DNA of 64,000 nucleotides from an uncultured delta proteobacterium (GTDB lineage Bacteria; Desulfobacterota; Binatia; UBA9968). Where the stretch lies: the NCBI GenBank assembly GCA_963755715.1, contig CAVWLW010000050.1, forward strand, positions 128,001 through 192,000, written 5' to 3'. The translations under genes were made by a program, and so were the position numbers. The notes under the pieces were generated by a model, which saw only the letters and a list, made by a program, of their open reading frames with translations, did no database searches and was not told the origin of the DNA. Numbering within the stretch: the stretch's first letter is position 1; each line of letters opens with the position of its first letter. This document shows positions 62,324 to 64,000 of this stretch, piece after piece.

Positions 62324-62666
62324 GGGGATTATTTCCAGAATTGCCACCATGTTTTCGGCTGCGGCTGGCTTTCAAACTCTGCATCGCATCTTGCGCAACC
62401 TGAACTCCACCGCATAACCCATAAATTGTTGCGGTGGGTTCAGCACACGACCGCCGAACACGTTGTCGCATAGCACCCAGTGACGGTAACCCAAACAGAT
62501 TCGGGTGAGCGATCGGCCACTCGTCATGATTTGTTCCTTGCACGAAGATTTCCTTTCGGATTCTTCCACGTCCGTAGCTCACTCGTGCACCGCACATTGG
62601 ACATGTGTCACCATCCATATTGCGTCCCGTGCCTCCGCACATATGGCAAATCTTATCGGGATGCAT
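62250..62666 (-). CDS. Cassette: hypothetical Cys-rich protein (probably frameshifted)
   Basis: CHMCGGTG...CPMCG DnaJ-like zinc knuckles after a GAGGA RBS. Confidence 0.4.
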   Translation of the reverse strand: MHPDKICHMCGGTGRNMDGDTCPMCGARVSYGRGRIRKEIFVQGTNHDEWPIAHPNLFGLPSLGAMRQRVRRSCAEPTATIYGLCGGVQVAQDAMQSLKASRSRKHGGNSGNNPRLTTGCIRAAATFNCESESFTAVR

Positions 62667-62682
62667 CGTGTATCCTCGTGAA

Positions 62683-62777
62683 GTCTAAACATTACGGCTG
62701 AGCGGCGATCCCTATTACGAGCGGGCGTGGTCCCGCCCGCGCGTTATAGGGTCGTCCGATTCAGCGCTTTGTTAGGC
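62683..62777 (-). repeat. attC site (~95 bp)
   Basis: GTCTAAAC...GCTGA..CCCTAT..GCGGGCG/CGCCCGC..ATAGGG..TCAGC...GTTAGGC. Confidence 0.85.
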
Positions 62778-62861
62778 GGCCCGGGACCCTCCCTACACGC
62801 GCCGAGCAGCGTCCGGAGCGTCTTCCGCTCGACCTAGCTCGCCGCGCTTCATTGGACTCGG

Positions 62862-63224
62862 CTAGGCGGGCTGAAATAGCTCCACGACGTTTCCGCATGG
62901 GTCCTCCACTAAGATCTGCTGCCCGCCAGGGCCCGATAAGATCTCGTTGCGGAATCGTACGCCCGCCGTCTTCAGTTTCGCGACCATAGCGGCCAGATCG
63001 TGAGTTTCCACCACGAACCGATTCCAGCCCCCCGGCTCAGGCTTGCGCCCGTCCGGCATCGGCCGCGAAGCCGAAGCATGGGGCCCAGCAAGCCAGAGCG
63101 TTAGATCGCCACGCGTCAGAATCGCCATGGCGGGGAATTGCTGCTTGACCGTGAAACCGAGGTGAGTGCTATAGAAGTCGACAGCCTTCTGCACGTCGGT
63201 CACGAGATATCGCACATATGTCAT
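62862..63224 (-). CDS. Cassette: VOC/glyoxalase family protein
   Basis: VRYLVTDV, PGGWNRF, EDPCGNVVELFQP. Confidence 0.9.
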   Translation of the reverse strand: MTYVRYLVTDVQKAVDFYSTHLGFTVKQQFPAMAILTRGDLTLWLAGPHASASRPMPDGRKPEPGGWNRFVVETHDLAAMVAKLKTAGVRFRNEILSGPGGQQILVEDPCGNVVELFQPA

Positions 63225-63404
63225 TGTTCACCTCTCTAGCGGAGCTTCTTGCCAGTTCGGATAGCGAGAGACGGCCAGCCGATGCCTAGCCTCACAGATA
63301 CCATCTCATTGAATACGACCATTGGCGCGATTCAGAGCGCACATACTACGGCCTGCATTCTAGGGCACGGCGACAGCGCACGAGAACACCAGAGGTGGGG
63401 GTCC

Positions 63405-63496
63405 GCCGAACGTCGAGCATCACCCGGCGCGCGCGACGGGCGAAGGGTCATCGACAAACCCAGCTGCGCGCGCTCGGGTGCATGCGATTGTTCGGC
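63405..63496 (-). repeat. attC site (92 bp)
   Basis: GCCGAAC...GCATCACCCG.GCGCGCGC/GCGCGCGCTCGGGTGCATGC...GTTCGGC. Confidence 0.9.
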
Positions 63497-63519
63497 GGCG
63501 GCCCCGTAGGAAACCCTCC

Positions 63520-63903
63520 TTAGACCCAGCGTTTTACCGCAGCAGCCGTATCGTTCGGCATTGTATTGAAGCAGATCTTCGCTTGGGGCGCGTGTTTATG
63601 CACAACATTGATGAGCTTCTCAAAGAGTAGGAAGTTGCTTGGGTTCGTTCGTACACCCGCACCGATCAGGATGCAGTCGAATTGCTCTTGCTCCAGGCGG
63701 TTTCGGACCGCTTCCTCCGCTGTTTCGCCGAAGTCCGTCAAACACATCTGCACGCTGTAGCCGAGGCGAGTCAATTCGTCGTCGGACGCTTTGAGGCCGG
63801 CCAGTACCTTCTCTGCATCCATACCCGGCGCGTACCCGGGCTGCGAGAAATCGATCAGCGTCGGATCCAAACCGATCACCAGGATACTCCTCTCACCTGC
63901 CAT
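63520..63903 (-). CDS. Cassette: conserved hypothetical protein
   Basis: DCILIGAGVR, FEKLINVVH..AP..ICFNT.P.DT..AVKRW; GGAGG RBS. Confidence 0.75.
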   Translation of the reverse strand: MAGERSILVIGLDPTLIDFSQPGYAPGMDAEKVLAGLKASDDELTRLGYSVQMCLTDFGETAEEAVRNRLEQEQFDCILIGAGVRTNPSNFLLFEKLINVVHKHAPQAKICFNTMPNDTAAAVKRWV

Positions 63904-63975
63904 TGCTGCCTCCGGGGGGTGACCGCCTGCCTGAACGCAGGCACGCATTCCATTATGCTCCTAAACCCGCGAGCC

Positions 63976-64000
63976 GCCGAACGCAAGGCCGTTGAGCGGC
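63976..64000 (-). repeat. attC site cut by the window edge
   Basis: GCCGCCGAAC at 63973-63982 is the exact complement of GTTCGGCGGC at 63490-63499. Confidence 0.75.

Larger units (their letters stand above)
52307..64000 (-). mobile_element. Integron gene-cassette array (15 complete cassettes; continues beyond the window; no intI seen)
   Basis: Short co-directional ORFs each bounded by RYYYAAC...GTTRRRY imperfect palindromes; cassette ends are mutually complementary. Confidence 0.93.

Noticed and set aside
52307-64000. CRISPR array or REP interpretation of the periodic palindromes
   Set aside because: Units differ in sequence and length, are separated by whole genes and carry attC R/L boxes; no cas genes

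Overview
Bacterial DNA with high GC. Gene content (many orphan NMT1/SsuA-type and TTT substrate-binding proteins, SDRs, Mo-hydroxylase) suggests a Deltaproteobacteria/Ca. Binatia-like soil organism; this is inference only. About 20 otherwise intact genes carry single-base indels, which I read as long-read assembly noise. Positions 1-43.8 kb are mostly metabolic and transport genes. They include a locus at 3.7-8.2 kb: a selenocysteine Bcp peroxiredoxin hidden from the ORF track (in-frame TGA at the peroxidatic Cys plus a SECIS-like hairpin), a CysL-like LysR regulator, a LysR-type operator, and a downstream run of fungal-Egt1-like sulfoxide synthase, DUF427, a signal-less PhnD-fold protein and a closely related Cys-Bcp paralog. 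I propose this as a selenium/sulfur antioxidant switch. Positions 43.8-48.8 kb look like a decayed island next to tRNA-Arg(ACG). Positions 52.3-64 kb are an integron gene-cassette array on the minus strand: 15 complete cassettes, 14 full attC sites (two only 48-50 bp), and no intI in the window. The array runs directly into an orphan dnaE2, in the position normally held by imuA-imuB.
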